Notes under the pieces: generated by a model
What the model saw: only the letters and a program-made list of their open reading frames with translations
What the model was told of the DNA's origin: nothing
Databases searched by the model: none
In this document: piece after piece, positions 8,687 to 20,200 of the stretch
Position numbering within the stretch: position 1 is the first letter of the stretch
How the letters are laid out: the number at the start of each line of letters is the position of its first letter
Program-made: the position numbers and the translations under genes
Virus record (IMG/VR): IMGVR_UViG_3300042879_002476
Span: 2,391-66,390 of that record
Length of the DNA: 64,000 nucleotides
Source of the DNA: a virus
Strand: one strand, 5' to 3'

Positions 8687-10360
8687 ATGCCAATAGTTTG
8701 GAAAACTTCCTTTGAAGACCCATTAATACTCTTAATGAAAAGTGGGCAGTTAGGAAATTCATCTAAATTAATTAATGCTATTGTTAATTTATATGATTTA
8801 TCCATTAAACAGGGATTACCTAATACCCCAGGCACTCCTGCAGGACCGGTACTAGCAGGAAATCGTGCTGCATTAGAAGCAGCATTGCGTGCTTTTTTTA
8901 TTAGTGAAGCAATACAAGCCCAAGCCGGAATAATAAAAAACTATGCTACTATTGTAACTGGTATTGTTGCAACGATTAAAGAGACTAATAAAGAAATTTT
9001 ATCATATTCAAAACAATTAAATAGAGCAACTAGAGACCAAATAAAAACGGCAAATCAAATACAGCGGCTATCAAGACTTAATACGCAAGAGTCTAAAAAA
9101 CAAATAGCAGTACTTAAAGTTAAAAATGCACAGAATTTTACTATAATAAAAGACGCCAAAAATTTATTAGTTTCAAAAAAAGAATATTTGATTAATCAAA
9201 TAAGACCGCAGATTAAAAAAATAATAGATCTTTTAAAGAAATTAGTAATAAAAATTTTAGCACCCCCTTTACAGGACACTGTATTAAAATCAATCGTAGC
9301 ATTGCCTAAATTAATAAAAGAAACTGTAACAGATTTAAAGAATAAAAAGAAAGAATTTTTAGACGAAATTAAAAATAATGTAACTAAAGTAAGGACCGGA
9401 GCTGAGACTTTAAAGACCGTTCAAAGAATGGTTTCTAAAGAAGATGCTAATTTACTAAAAGGAACTATAGTTAGTTTTATAAAAACTTCTAATGCCGGAG
9501 AAATGGTAAAAAAAGGAAAACAGATAACTAACATTGTAGATAAATATCCTAATAGTCGGATACCTTTAGCTACTAAAGATTCTGTTAGAAAGGCGATTAC
9601 TACTACAATACAGGCTAAAACTCAAATAATTTCCAAAAAAGAATATGCTAGGGAGTTTTTATTAGAAAAATTAAAAGAAAAAAAAGATTCATTATTAGGC
9701 ACGTTTAAACCGAAAATAGGTCCTGGCCTGACGTCTGCACAAGAAATAAAGGCCGATGCTTTAGAAATTAAACAGACTGTTCAAAATTATAAAAATATAA
9801 TTAAAGAAAATTCACAGGTAGCATCGTTATTAATTCAAATAAAACAAGAAATCAAGATTATTAACAACCCTACTTTAAAAAACTACAAGCCTAATATTAA
9901 ATTAGCAGCTGCATTAGATAAATACACTCCCGGATTAGGCACCAAATACTCGGCTATAAGAAATCCCAGGGAAGCTAAAACCTTTATTTATTCAAATACG
10001 GCATTGTTTAATGCTAAGAAAGATGAATTGTTGAATAAAAAAGAAATTGCTAAAGGATATGTAAATGCAGTTAAGAAAAAAATATTAGATAAAAAATTCA
10101 ATATTAAGGAAATTAAATTTAATATATTCCTAAGAATAGGTGTATTAGGCTATTTTGCAGGAGCGATAACACCGAATTTAGGAATAGTGACATTTCCAGG
10201 AGTATTAACGTTACCCGTTTCCATGAAACCTTCAGCTGATCCTGCTAATTTTGTAAGAAGTCTATCAAGGACTTTGCAATTACATACAAAAACGATAGCA
10301 GGTACATATACTATTCCAGGAACACCTCCCGTAGTTTTACCATGGGTTGGATATTCTTAA
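8687..10360 (+). CDS. Baseplate-associated hypothetical protein with long Lys-rich helical middle
   Basis: 557-aa ORF between the gp5-like genes and gp25; Pro/Gly-rich ends. Confidence 0.6.
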   Translation: MPIVWKTSFEDPLILLMKSGQLGNSSKLINAIVNLYDLSIKQGLPNTPGTPAGPVLAGNRAALEAALRAFFISEAIQAQAGIIKNYATIVTGIVATIKETNKEILSYSKQLNRATRDQIKTANQIQRLSRLNTQESKKQIAVLKVKNAQNFTIIKDAKNLLVSKKEYLINQIRPQIKKIIDLLKKLVIKILAPPLQDTVLKSIVALPKLIKETVTDLKNKKKEFLDEIKNNVTKVRTGAETLKTVQRMVSKEDANLLKGTIVSFIKTSNAGEMVKKGKQITNIVDKYPNSRIPLATKDSVRKAITTTIQAKTQIISKKEYAREFLLEKLKEKKDSLLGTFKPKIGPGLTSAQEIKADALEIKQTVQNYKNIIKENSQVASLLIQIKQEIKIINNPTLKNYKPNIKLAAALDKYTPGLGTKYSAIRNPREAKTFIYSNTALFNAKKDELLNKKEIAKGYVNAVKKKILDKKFNIKEIKFNIFLRIGVLGYFAGAITPNLGIVTFPGVLTLPVSMKPSADPANFVRSLSRTLQLHTKTIAGTYTIPGTPPVVLPWVGYS

Positions 10361-10393
10361 AAACCATTTTTCTTATATTTATAATAAAATAAT

Positions 10394-10705
10394 ATGAAAG
10401 CTGATAAGTTTGTACAATTAATGCGCACTATTATTTCGGAAGAAGTTCGTAGAGTAGTACGTGAAGAATTAAAATTGTCGTTGACAGAACAACGCCAATC
10501 AGATTCGGCGCAGTCTTCTTTTATGCCTGGGTCTATGAAAAATAAATATAAAAGTTTATTAGAAGACGATGTGTTTGAAATGGAGTCGCCGAAACAACGC
10601 GTATCTAATATAACTTCAAACAAAACTGTTAATTCATTATTAGAAGAAACCGCTCAACAAATGAGAACGGATCCTGCTGCTAAATCTTTCTTTGAAGGTC
10701 TATAA
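10394..10705 (+). CDS. Hypothetical late protein
   Basis: Follows TATTTATA (10376-10383); N-terminal RTIISEEVRRVVREEL motif. Confidence 0.65.
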   Translation: MKADKFVQLMRTIISEEVRRVVREELKLSLTEQRQSDSAQSSFMPGSMKNKYKSLLEDDVFEMESPKQRVSNITSNKTVNSLLEETAQQMRTDPAAKSFFEGL

Positions 10706-10708
10706 TAA

Positions 10709-11134
10709 ATGGCACGTGAATTAAGTATACATCCTTTAGATCTAGAATTAGATACCGCCATAGGAATTAAATTAAATCCTTCGGAGGTTAAAGGCAATAC
10801 ATTTATTTCTTCATATACTACATTAGAGCAAGCAAAAACTAATTTACTTTGCTTGGTCTTAACTAATGAAGGTGAACGGGTAATGCACCCTACATTCGGG
10901 GTTGGGATAGCGAAATTGTTATTCGAGCCCATGGATTCCGCGTTACCTAGTAAAATTAAAGAAAGGGTTATATCAAAAATAAATACTTGGCTACCTTATA
11001 TTGATGTTAAAAATATTATGGTAAATATAAATACCGATCTGCATTTAATAGAAATACAAATAGATTTTTCTTTAAATGGTAATGAATTTGATACGGACTC
11101 CATTGTAATAGAACTTAGTTTACCCCCTGCTTAA
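10709..11134 (+). CDS. gp25: Baseplate wedge subunit, gp25/GPW family
   Basis: NLLCLVLTNEGERVMHPTFG...LLFEP...WLPYI. Confidence 0.9.
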   Translation: MARELSIHPLDLELDTAIGIKLNPSEVKGNTFISSYTTLEQAKTNLLCLVLTNEGERVMHPTFGVGIAKLLFEPMDSALPSKIKERVISKINTWLPYIDVKNIMVNINTDLHLIEIQIDFSLNGNEFDTDSIVIELSLPPA

Positions 11135-11135
11135 T

Positions 11136-13001
11136 ATGGCTACTAAAAGTAAAGAAATAAAATATTTAAACCGAGACTTCTCGCAATTTAGGGATAACTT
11201 AATTAATTTTGCAAAAAATTATTTTCCTAATACCTATAATGATTTTAATGAGTCGGATCCCGGAATGATGTTTATTGAAATGGCATCATATGTGGGTGAT
11301 GTACTTTCATATTACGTGGATAGTCAATTAAAAGAATCTCTATTAGCATATGCAGAAGAAAAACCTAACGTGTATGCAATTGCACAATCTCTAGGGTATA
11401 AACCTAAAATATCAGTACCTTCAGCAGCTGAGGTATCAATATATCAATTATTACCTGCATCCGGATCTGTAGTTAAAAAGCCTGATTGGAATTATGCTTT
11501 GACTATACAGCCTGGATTACAATTGAAATCAACTCAAAATGATGTAGCATTTATATGTTATGATTATATTGATTTTAGTTATTCTTCTAGTATAGATCCT
11601 ACGACTGTTAGTATATATTCGTTTAATGGTTCTGATCCTGAGTATTTTTTAATAGAAAAAAAGATAAAAGTTATATCAGGAGAATTGAACACTTTAGATG
11701 TGTCATTTGATGCACCTAAAAAGTTTAATAAAGTTCGTATTGATGAGCCCAATGTAATAGGAATCTTTAGTGTTTCTGATTCAGATGGTAATACTTGGAC
11801 CGAAGTCCCATATTTGGCACAAGAAACCATTTTTGAAAAAGTACCTAATACTAGTTATGAAGATCCGGAATTGTCTGAATATGCAGCAACAGTACCGTAT
11901 TTACTGAGGTTAAAAAAAGTACCGAAAAGATTTACTACTAGAGTTACTTCAGATGATAAATTAGAACTACAATTTGGTGCGGGTATCTCGGACAATCCAG
12001 ATGAAATTATAGTTCCTAATCCAGATAATGTGGGTCAGGGTATTCCGGCAGATAATAGAAATTTAGATTTAGATTACGATCCTTCTAATTTCATGTATAC
12101 TAAAACCTATGGAGAAGTGCCTACTAACACCACATTAACAATAAAATATTTAACCGGTGGTGGTATTATATCCAATGTACCTGCAAATACGATTACGGGG
12201 ATTTCTAATTTAGTAGCTACGACTAAAAATGGTTCCGATGAAGCAGTAAATACGTTCGTCAGAAGCACATTTGCTAGTACTAATCCAAAACCCGCAACCG
12301 GAGGTAGATCCGGCGAAACTGTAGAAGAAATTAGACAGCGTGCTTTAGCAACGTTTTCTACACAAAATAGAAATGTTACTTTAGACGATTATGCGGTTAG
12401 AGCATATTCAATGCCTACTGTATTAGGAGGCGTATCTAAAGTCCATATCATGCAAGACGATCAATTAAGCCTGTATGATAAGAGGACTAGAGTTTCAAAT
12501 CCTTTAGGGTTGAATTTTTATTGTTTAGGATATGATTTAAATAAAAATTTAATTGCATTAAACGATGCTGCTAAACAAAATTTAAAAACGTATTTGAGTG
12601 AGTATAAAATGCTCACTGATGGTATTAATATTAAAGATGCATATATAATTAATATAGGCGTTCAGTTTGAAGTAATAATTTTATCTAATTATAATTCAAA
12701 TGAAGTATTGTTAAATTGTATACAATCTATAAAAAATTATTTTGACATTGATAAATGGCAAATTAATCAACCTATATATAGGTCTGAAATTTATGGGGAA
12801 TTGTTAAAAGTTCCCGGTGTTCAATATATATCTGGGTTACGAATTAATAATTTATTCGGAGAATCTAGAGGATATTCCAATAATTACTATGATTTAGCCA
12901 GAGCTGAAAGAAAGGGAATTATATATCCTTCATTAGACCCTTGTATATTTGAAATAAAATATCCGGACATTGATATTATAGGAAGAGTAACTACTACATA
13001 A
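11136..13001 (+). CDS. gp6: Baseplate wedge subunit, gp6-like
   Basis: RDFSQFRDNL...DFNESDPGMMFIEMASYVGDVLSYY, LGYKP, GGRSGET, QNRNVTLDDY; adjacent to gp25. Confidence 0.9.
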   Translation: MATKSKEIKYLNRDFSQFRDNLINFAKNYFPNTYNDFNESDPGMMFIEMASYVGDVLSYYVDSQLKESLLAYAEEKPNVYAIAQSLGYKPKISVPSAAEVSIYQLLPASGSVVKKPDWNYALTIQPGLQLKSTQNDVAFICYDYIDFSYSSSIDPTTVSIYSFNGSDPEYFLIEKKIKVISGELNTLDVSFDAPKKFNKVRIDEPNVIGIFSVSDSDGNTWTEVPYLAQETIFEKVPNTSYEDPELSEYAATVPYLLRLKKVPKRFTTRVTSDDKLELQFGAGISDNPDEIIVPNPDNVGQGIPADNRNLDLDYDPSNFMYTKTYGEVPTNTTLTIKYLTGGGIISNVPANTITGISNLVATTKNGSDEAVNTFVRSTFASTNPKPATGGRSGETVEEIRQRALATFSTQNRNVTLDDYAVRAYSMPTVLGGVSKVHIMQDDQLSLYDKRTRVSNPLGLNFYCLGYDLNKNLIALNDAAKQNLKTYLSEYKMLTDGINIKDAYIINIGVQFEVIILSNYNSNEVLLNCIQSIKNYFDIDKWQINQPIYRSEIYGELLKVPGVQYISGLRINNLFGESRGYSNNYYDLARAERKGIIYPSLDPCIFEIKYPDIDIIGRVTTT

Positions 13002-13002
13002 T

Positions 13003-14115
13003 ATGATTTATAAAATTTATCCAATACAAGATGCTACCATATATGAGCGATATCCTAAATTTAATACGGGATTAGATGCTTTATTGGAAGTAGGAAAAAC
13101 AATAGTTTCTTCATCTGCCACAGAGTCTATTTATAGTTCTCGAGCACTTTTAAAATTTGATTACTCCGATTTAACGCCTTTAGTTGACATTGGTGTTAAT
13201 ACCGGATCTATACAATACTCTTTAAAACTATACGCAGTACAAGAGAAAGAATTACAGTCTACATATACGATAGAAGTAAATACTATTAGTGGCAGTTGGG
13301 TGATGGGCTTGGGTAGATATGATCATATACCTAAAACTGAAAATGGGGTTTCATGGCAATATAGAGACGGGGTTGTAGCAGGAACTCAATGGAAAACCGC
13401 ATCATTTACAAATGCTACTTCTTCATATTTTATGGAACCGGGAGGATGTAATTGGTATACAGCCTCTAATATGATTATTACCAAATCTATAGGATTTAAT
13501 GCTACTACGGATCCGGAAATCAATATATCTAGTATTGTATATGCACACTTGACAGGAGGGTTTAGTAATGATGGTATACTTATACGTCGACCTTCTTCTG
13601 AGGAATACAATGCAGTAGATTCTAGTGTATTGCAGTATTTTTCTACGGATACCAATACTATTTATTTGCCTCATATCATTATTAAATGGAATGATTGGTC
13701 TTTCAATACTGGTAGCTTATCCGGTATAAATTCTAATGAAGAAAATGTAATTTATTTTCAAAATTTAAGTTCTATTTATACTACTACGGATAGAGCAAGA
13801 ATTAGATTGGTAGGAAGACCTAAATATCCGGTAAAAACATTTGCTACTACTAGTATGTATGCAACTCAGTATTACATACCAGCATCGTCTTCTTATGCAG
13901 TAGAAGATGTGTATACTAAAGAAATAGTTATACCTTATGATGATGTGTATACTAGAATAAGTTGTGATCCTTCCGGAAGCTTTTTTAATTTTTGGATGAA
14001 TAGTTTGCAACCAGAAAGGTGGTATAAGTTTACTATTAAATGCAAATATGATAATAATTTAATTCGGGTGTATAATCCGGAATATATGTTTAAAGTAGAA
14101 AGGCCTAATGAATAA
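13003..14115 (+). CDS. Virion structural protein (baseplate region)
   Basis: DATIYE...NTG.D.LLEV...SRALLKFD beta-sandwich-like pattern; context. Confidence 0.6.
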   Translation: MIYKIYPIQDATIYERYPKFNTGLDALLEVGKTIVSSSATESIYSSRALLKFDYSDLTPLVDIGVNTGSIQYSLKLYAVQEKELQSTYTIEVNTISGSWVMGLGRYDHIPKTENGVSWQYRDGVVAGTQWKTASFTNATSSYFMEPGGCNWYTASNMIITKSIGFNATTDPEINISSIVYAHLTGGFSNDGILIRRPSSEEYNAVDSSVLQYFSTDTNTIYLPHIIIKWNDWSFNTGSLSGINSNEENVIYFQNLSSIYTTTDRARIRLVGRPKYPVKTFATTSMYATQYYIPASSSYAVEDVYTKEIVIPYDDVYTRISCDPSGSFFNFWMNSLQPERWYKFTIKCKYDNNLIRVYNPEYMFKVERPNE

Positions 14116-16303
14116 TCCCGTAATATTTAATGAAGCGTGGACTGACGGAACGGAACTGTTTGTAAAAAGTACCGGAGAACCTTACATAGGGTGGTATCAT
14201 ATTTTAAATACTGGCGCTATAATGACCGGGCCCAATTACGTTTCCGGATCAATGGAATCCGTAGAATTAGAACCTAAATATTCAATCCCTGAAAACAGTG
14301 TAGGAGAACTAATATCAAATTATAAAGATGATACTGAAGAATTTGAAGGAGTATACACCGTATTGCCTATAAAAAATTATAAAAATGATATTGACATTGT
14401 AGTTGAAATTGAAGACTTAAATGTAGAACCTCCTGCTATTACATTGCAGCCTGATCTTTTGTTTAAAAAAAATACTACATTAGATTATGTTCCAGGAGAG
14501 GATATTTTAATTGATGATAGCAGGACAATACAAGTATATCGTGGAAAGCAGGTAACATTGCAATTTAATTTTAATTCATTTGATACTTTTGAAAATATTA
14601 GATTTGAGTGGTTTGATTCATTTGATAGATTAGTTTCTACAGAATCTTTTTTAGTTGTAGATACTAATACTATAGGATCTGAAAATGAAACTTTTTATTG
14701 TACCGTTACAGACTCGTATGGTACTGATACTACAAATGACGTAACTATTAGTGTTATTGATGATACTAGTCCTTATATTTTTAAAAATTTAATTAAAAAT
14801 GGATCTGGAAATGATTCTACTGCAGATTGGGAAACTATAGGTGATAATCCGGAAGATGTGGGTAAGTTTTTACCTTCATGGCAAGAAAGTGTAGATCCTT
14901 TCGTAAATACTGCTGGAGGTAAAGGTACATATTTTTATCATAAATTTACTTCCGGTTGGGACGGGGTTCAAAATAAGAATCAATGGTATCCTAGACCTGA
15001 AATATTTGATTCGCAAAATAACTTTGACGGTTCAGTAGTTTCGGAAATTAAAAGTAATTATTTTAGAGCGGGAGTATTTACGCCTATTGTTAGAAATGGT
15101 GAAAATGTATACAGTGGTATTACTAAAACCAGTGTGCATACGGTAGATTTAACTGAATTTGCAGATTCTATTGATGGTAAAACATACGGTTTAGAAGGAT
15201 TTCATGTTTCATTGTTCGGATGGATAGGCACCAGAGCAGACCAAGCCGATTATGGCGATTGTGTATTTGAATTTTTAGATGAAAATGATAATGTAATACC
15301 CGTTTTAGGTAATACTCTTATTTCAAGTTTAAGACATTGGGAACGCACAGTAAATGATTATCCTAGAGACCCATGGTTCCCGTCATTAAACGTTAAACTA
15401 TTGGCAGGTTATTATGACCGTAATATTAATTTTGATCGTAATACTAATTTTGATTATGCAGGAATTATTTTTGATGGTAATGCCGGTGCTGTGTATGATA
15501 GATACGAAAAATCATTTACCAATCCTGACGGCACGCTTAGAACCATCGGCCCGGAAGTAAAAACTTGTATTATAGGTAGAACATCTGATATGATTCGAGT
15601 TCCTGCAGGTACTAAAAAAATTAGACTTACTAAAACTTATAATCACGAAGCCGGCGTTTATGATTTAATATGGCAAGGAGCAGAATGGGCAGAAAGAGGA
15701 ATTGATTATGTATCCGATTTAATGTTTGTAGGATTAAATTTAAGGTTCTATCCCATAGTAATTGATGATTTGGGAAATAGAATAGAAACCGGATTAGATG
15801 CAAATGGAAATTCTATTTTAACCGGGATGGATTTCTTAGAAACGGATCCTGCATTTAATGAAGGATCTGTATTAGCCAACAATGCACTATCAAATTCTAC
15901 TTTAACTTCATATTTAGATGGCCAGGAATTGAGAATCGATTCGATAACATACGACGGTGAAGCAGCCCTCGGTGAGAATACATTTAATATGGATATTAAT
16001 TATGGGGAATCAGAGTCCAACTTTAAATCATATCTAGGAACTTATACATCAGATAAAATGAAAAATGTATTAGGAAGGGAATGGGTAGCATACTGCAATG
16101 AACCATTGCAAACCTTTATAAATGATGTAATGCCGTATCCAAATCAACGTCTTTTATTTGCATATCGTAACAACGAGGATGGGTATCAAGGTATTAAGAA
16201 TTTTAATCAACCTGCACAATTACGCGGTTTTAGGTTTAGTATCGGTGATTTAAGGAGTATTTTGTCAGAGACCGGCGATAAAATAATTGATATAACTAGG
16301 TAA
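14108..16303 (+). CDS. Virion structural protein with Ig-like and carbohydrate-binding-like domains
   Basis: YIGWYH N-terminal motif; FYCTVTDSYG Ig/PKD-like segment; NLIKNGSG CBM-like start. Confidence 0.55.
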   Translation: MNNPVIFNEAWTDGTELFVKSTGEPYIGWYHILNTGAIMTGPNYVSGSMESVELEPKYSIPENSVGELISNYKDDTEEFEGVYTVLPIKNYKNDIDIVVEIEDLNVEPPAITLQPDLLFKKNTTLDYVPGEDILIDDSRTIQVYRGKQVTLQFNFNSFDTFENIRFEWFDSFDRLVSTESFLVVDTNTIGSENETFYCTVTDSYGTDTTNDVTISVIDDTSPYIFKNLIKNGSGNDSTADWETIGDNPEDVGKFLPSWQESVDPFVNTAGGKGTYFYHKFTSGWDGVQNKNQWYPRPEIFDSQNNFDGSVVSEIKSNYFRAGVFTPIVRNGENVYSGITKTSVHTVDLTEFADSIDGKTYGLEGFHVSLFGWIGTRADQADYGDCVFEFLDENDNVIPVLGNTLISSLRHWERTVNDYPRDPWFPSLNVKLLAGYYDRNINFDRNTNFDYAGIIFDGNAGAVYDRYEKSFTNPDGTLRTIGPEVKTCIIGRTSDMIRVPAGTKKIRLTKTYNHEAGVYDLIWQGAEWAERGIDYVSDLMFVGLNLRFYPIVIDDLGNRIETGLDANGNSILTGMDFLETDPAFNEGSVLANNALSNSTLTSYLDGQELRIDSITYDGEAALGENTFNMDINYGESESNFKSYLGTYTSDKMKNVLGREWVAYCNEPLQTFINDVMPYPNQRLLFAYRNNEDGYQGIKNFNQPAQLRGFRFSIGDLRSILSETGDKIIDITR

Positions 16304-16335
16304 TCTGCATACTAATAAGAATAAATCAAATAAAA

Positions 16336-17193
16336 ATGATTTCAAATTTACAAGGATATATAGAAGTATTAAATAATATTGAGTTTTGGAAATATAGTTT
16401 TAATATTTTCTATAAAAAATACAATCTAAAATTTAGGAATACCGGAAATGGCGGGTCTGGACCGGCAACTTTAAAAATATTCGGTGTGACTCCCGAATTT
16501 AAACAAATAGAAATTTCCAGAGACGATTATCTTGAGGGGTTTAATACTATTGACTCGTATGGAAACCGATATTGGCCAGATTTTGTAATAGAAACGTTTC
16601 TAAACTCAACACCCGATGCTACTTCATTTAAAGTCGGATTTAATATACCTTCTCGAGAATATCTAGTGTATTCAGAAATACGGTCTTCTAACTTAGAAAA
16701 TTGGTCAATAGTTATACCTGAAATTTCTAAAGGATGGGGTAATTTATTGGAAAATAATAATGACGTTACTTCGGATACTAGTTTATATCCTGGATTTGAA
16801 TATGATAATACATACGGAACTAAAACCTGGAATGAAGTTCAAGGACTGCCTAAAGAAATTTCACTTCCTAAATCGGTTCTTACTACCGATAGCGGCACAA
16901 AACAAAATTTTATATTTGGGAAGGCTTCTTTTCCTAGTTCCGTTGATATGCCATACGTGCCTGCAGGCACAATACCTAAACTACCTATTAATTTAAGTCA
17001 GAGACTATCATCACCAAATGGCATACAGCGTATATATAATTTATACGGGTATCACCCGGCAATACGATTTTATGCTGATTATGATGATCCGTATCGCACT
17101 AAATTTTATGATTGGCTTCCTTTAGGAGTAGAAAAATATAAAGTAGTATTAGAATTATCTACCGGCGAATCCGTAGCCACTACCTTTTTTTAA
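16336..17193 (+). CDS. Hypothetical structural-region protein
   Basis: 285-aa ORF in the baseplate block. Confidence 0.6.
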   Translation: MISNLQGYIEVLNNIEFWKYSFNIFYKKYNLKFRNTGNGGSGPATLKIFGVTPEFKQIEISRDDYLEGFNTIDSYGNRYWPDFVIETFLNSTPDATSFKVGFNIPSREYLVYSEIRSSNLENWSIVIPEISKGWGNLLENNNDVTSDTSLYPGFEYDNTYGTKTWNEVQGLPKEISLPKSVLTTDSGTKQNFIFGKASFPSSVDMPYVPAGTIPKLPINLSQRLSSPNGIQRIYNLYGYHPAIRFYADYDDPYRTKFYDWLPLGVEKYKVVLELSTGESVATTFF

Positions 17194-17234
17194 CAAAATA
17201 AGGTTTTATTATATTTATAATAAAAATATAACTA

Positions 17235-20200
17235 GTGGTAGAACCGAGCGCTGAATATGGTATTTTAAATCCTACATATGTTACTGTGGGTACTACGGGG
17301 TCTATGATAGAACCTATACCTGATATTGATGAAATACCGCAAGAATCTGCATTAGTATTATTTGGACAAACTCCGGATGATACTGTTGAATTACATATCA
17401 TAAATATAAATGATATCTTATTAGAATCTTTTTATAAAATACCATTTTCTAATCAAGAAGGATTCGGTACTAGCAAAAATACTATAAACAATGTACGGGT
17501 AGAGGTACAAAAATTATTTAGGCAGTTCGGATATATTTCAGGTAAGTTTAAATTCCAATTAAACTTTCATAGAGGTTATTTAGGAAATTTTAGAAATCCT
17601 ATTACTATAACCTCTATAAACGATGATAGGACACAAATAACAGTGTCGTTTGCTGCCGGTAGTCCTTTTAATAATTTAATTAATGCGCCTTTAGTAGATC
17701 AATTAGGAAATAGATTAGAATATTATCTAAATTTAGGAAATTTAGAATTATATCGAATAGCATCATTTAGTAGAGATAATACATTATCGACTACTGAATT
17801 AGACGTTTTTACAGTAAACTTACAACTTCCATTGCCGGATAGTTTTAATGTAAGTTCTGAGAGTTGGATTGATTTGCAACTTTTAGATCCTGCTACCGAT
17901 ACGATTATAATTTATCCTAAAAAGAAAAAAGATCCGATTAATGTTTTGCGTTATGCTAATTTTGCCACTAATGTAAACAATAATATAGGACAGTCTACAG
18001 GATATAAAACTTGGAACACTATATTAGGATCTAATCCTACATCATCACAACAGTTAATAAATACATTTATTAGTAATAGTTTTAACCCTATAGAATTAAA
18101 TGTAAATTATAGAGATTATTCCAATTTTATATTTTATAGTTCAGCCACCGAAAGATTAAAAAATTTTAGATATAAATTACAATTGATAGAATATTATGAT
18201 GGATTGTTGTCATCTTTAAATTCTGTCAGTTCACCGGGATCTGAATCATTAAATAATGTCATAGATGTAAATACTAAAAAGAATGCCATACTAGCAGGAT
18301 TTGATGGATACGAAAAATATTTGTATTATCAATCAAGTTCATATGAAACTAGTTCATATGGAGAGTACTGGCCAGATACTTGGCCTAAAAGTAATTCTTC
18401 TAAACCATACACATTATATTCAGTATCATCAACCGAAGGACAAGAATGGTATGCAGGTCAACTAGTATCGGCCTCCGATTATGATTCACAAAATGTAAAT
18501 AGATTAACTGAGTTAATGCCTTCATTTATGCGTGAAAGTGATTATTATGACGCATTTGAAGTGTACATAAACATGTTAGCTCAGCATTTTGATATTCTTT
18601 GGTTATATGTTACTAGAATGACCGATGTAAATTCTAGAAAAGAATCTGTTTACGAAGGATTATCTAAAGATTTAGTATATCATGTATTACGAAGTTTAGG
18701 CGTCGATGCAGCTGACGGATATTCATTAAGTGAATTATGGTTAAACGAATTAGGCGTTAATGCATCCGGTAGTTTTAGGCAATCAGGATCTTTAGAATCA
18801 ATACCTAATGATAAAATTACCAAAGAAACGTATAAACGTATTTTAAATAATTTGCCGTATCTTTTAAAAACAAAAGGCACTGAACGCGGTATACGAGCTC
18901 TATTAAATTGCTATGGAGTACCTTCTACTATATTAAGAGTAAAAGAATTTTCTGGTCCATATGATTATAAATCTACTAGAATAGACACTAGAAATAAGTA
19001 TAAACGTATAAATAAGTTTACTTTAGCAACGTATTTTAGTTCGTCTTTAGATAACTATATAACCGCAACCATTTCACCTGCACCATCAACCGTACAGTTT
19101 AGATTTAAACCAGAAAATAGCGCAGCATTAACGCAGTCATTGATGGATGGTGCATCGGAACTTAGAATTTGGCCCGATAGTACGACTGCTAGTTGGGGAT
19201 ACATTAAATATGGTACCGGTGCTACTATTAAAGGTCCGTTTTATAATGGTAAATGGAATAATGTAACTATTAATGGTTCAAAGTTATATGTAATACAGAC
19301 TAGTGGCGATTCAGTTGCAATGTTTACGGGTAGCGCAACTTTAGGCAGCGCTACTGCATATAGTTTCGGAGAGGCTGTAGGTTCTAATCAATATTTTACT
19401 GGGTCTATGCAAGAAATTCGTGCATGGAATGTAAATTTAGATGATGAGACCGTTAAACTTCATGCACTTAATCCGCAATCAATAGCGGGTACTGGATCCG
19501 TGAGTTCTTTTATTAATGCCGATTGGAGGTCTTTTAATACTTATGATTACCAATCTTCTTGGAACCAATTAATTGCTAGATATCCTTTAGGCACTACGCT
19601 GCAGACTTTTAGCGGTAGTACGTCTACTATACAGTCGATACATCCGAACCAATCGCAATCCAGAACAGCAACGGCATTTGCATTTACTACTAACTCATTT
19701 GTAGGTAACGATGAATTTTACTATGTATGGTCTCCAAATTTCGGGGATAGTTCTGAACCCAGCAATAAAATTAGAATTGAATCTACAAAAGTCGAAGGAC
19801 AATTAAATAGTACTACTAGTGTAGAAAAATCTCAGTATGATTCATATCAATTTGATTCGCCAAAATTGGGAGTATATTTCTCACCTCAAGATGAAATTAA
19901 TGAGGATATAGCAGACCAATTCCCCGGATTGCTCTTAGACGATTTCGTAGGCGATCCAAGGGATGATTATGAGCCTAGGTATCGAGATTTGGAAAAACTT
20001 AGGAATCATTATAATCGAAAATATACTGATAATAATGCGGTATGGAAATACAATAGATTAATAGAAAACTTTGACGCTTCAATGTTTTATCTAATAAAAA
20101 AGTTTTTACCTGCAAGAGCAGTAAAAATGGTAGGGTTGGTAATACAGCCTACATTATTAGATAGACCCAAGGCAGCTGCAAGAAATGTTTTTATAGAGCC

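Noticed and set aside
16290-16340. Programmed frameshift joining 14108 and 16336
   Set aside because: The downstream frame opens at 16300, but there is no slippery heptamer and 16336 has a normal A-rich ATG context; a single-base assembly error cannot be excluded without reads
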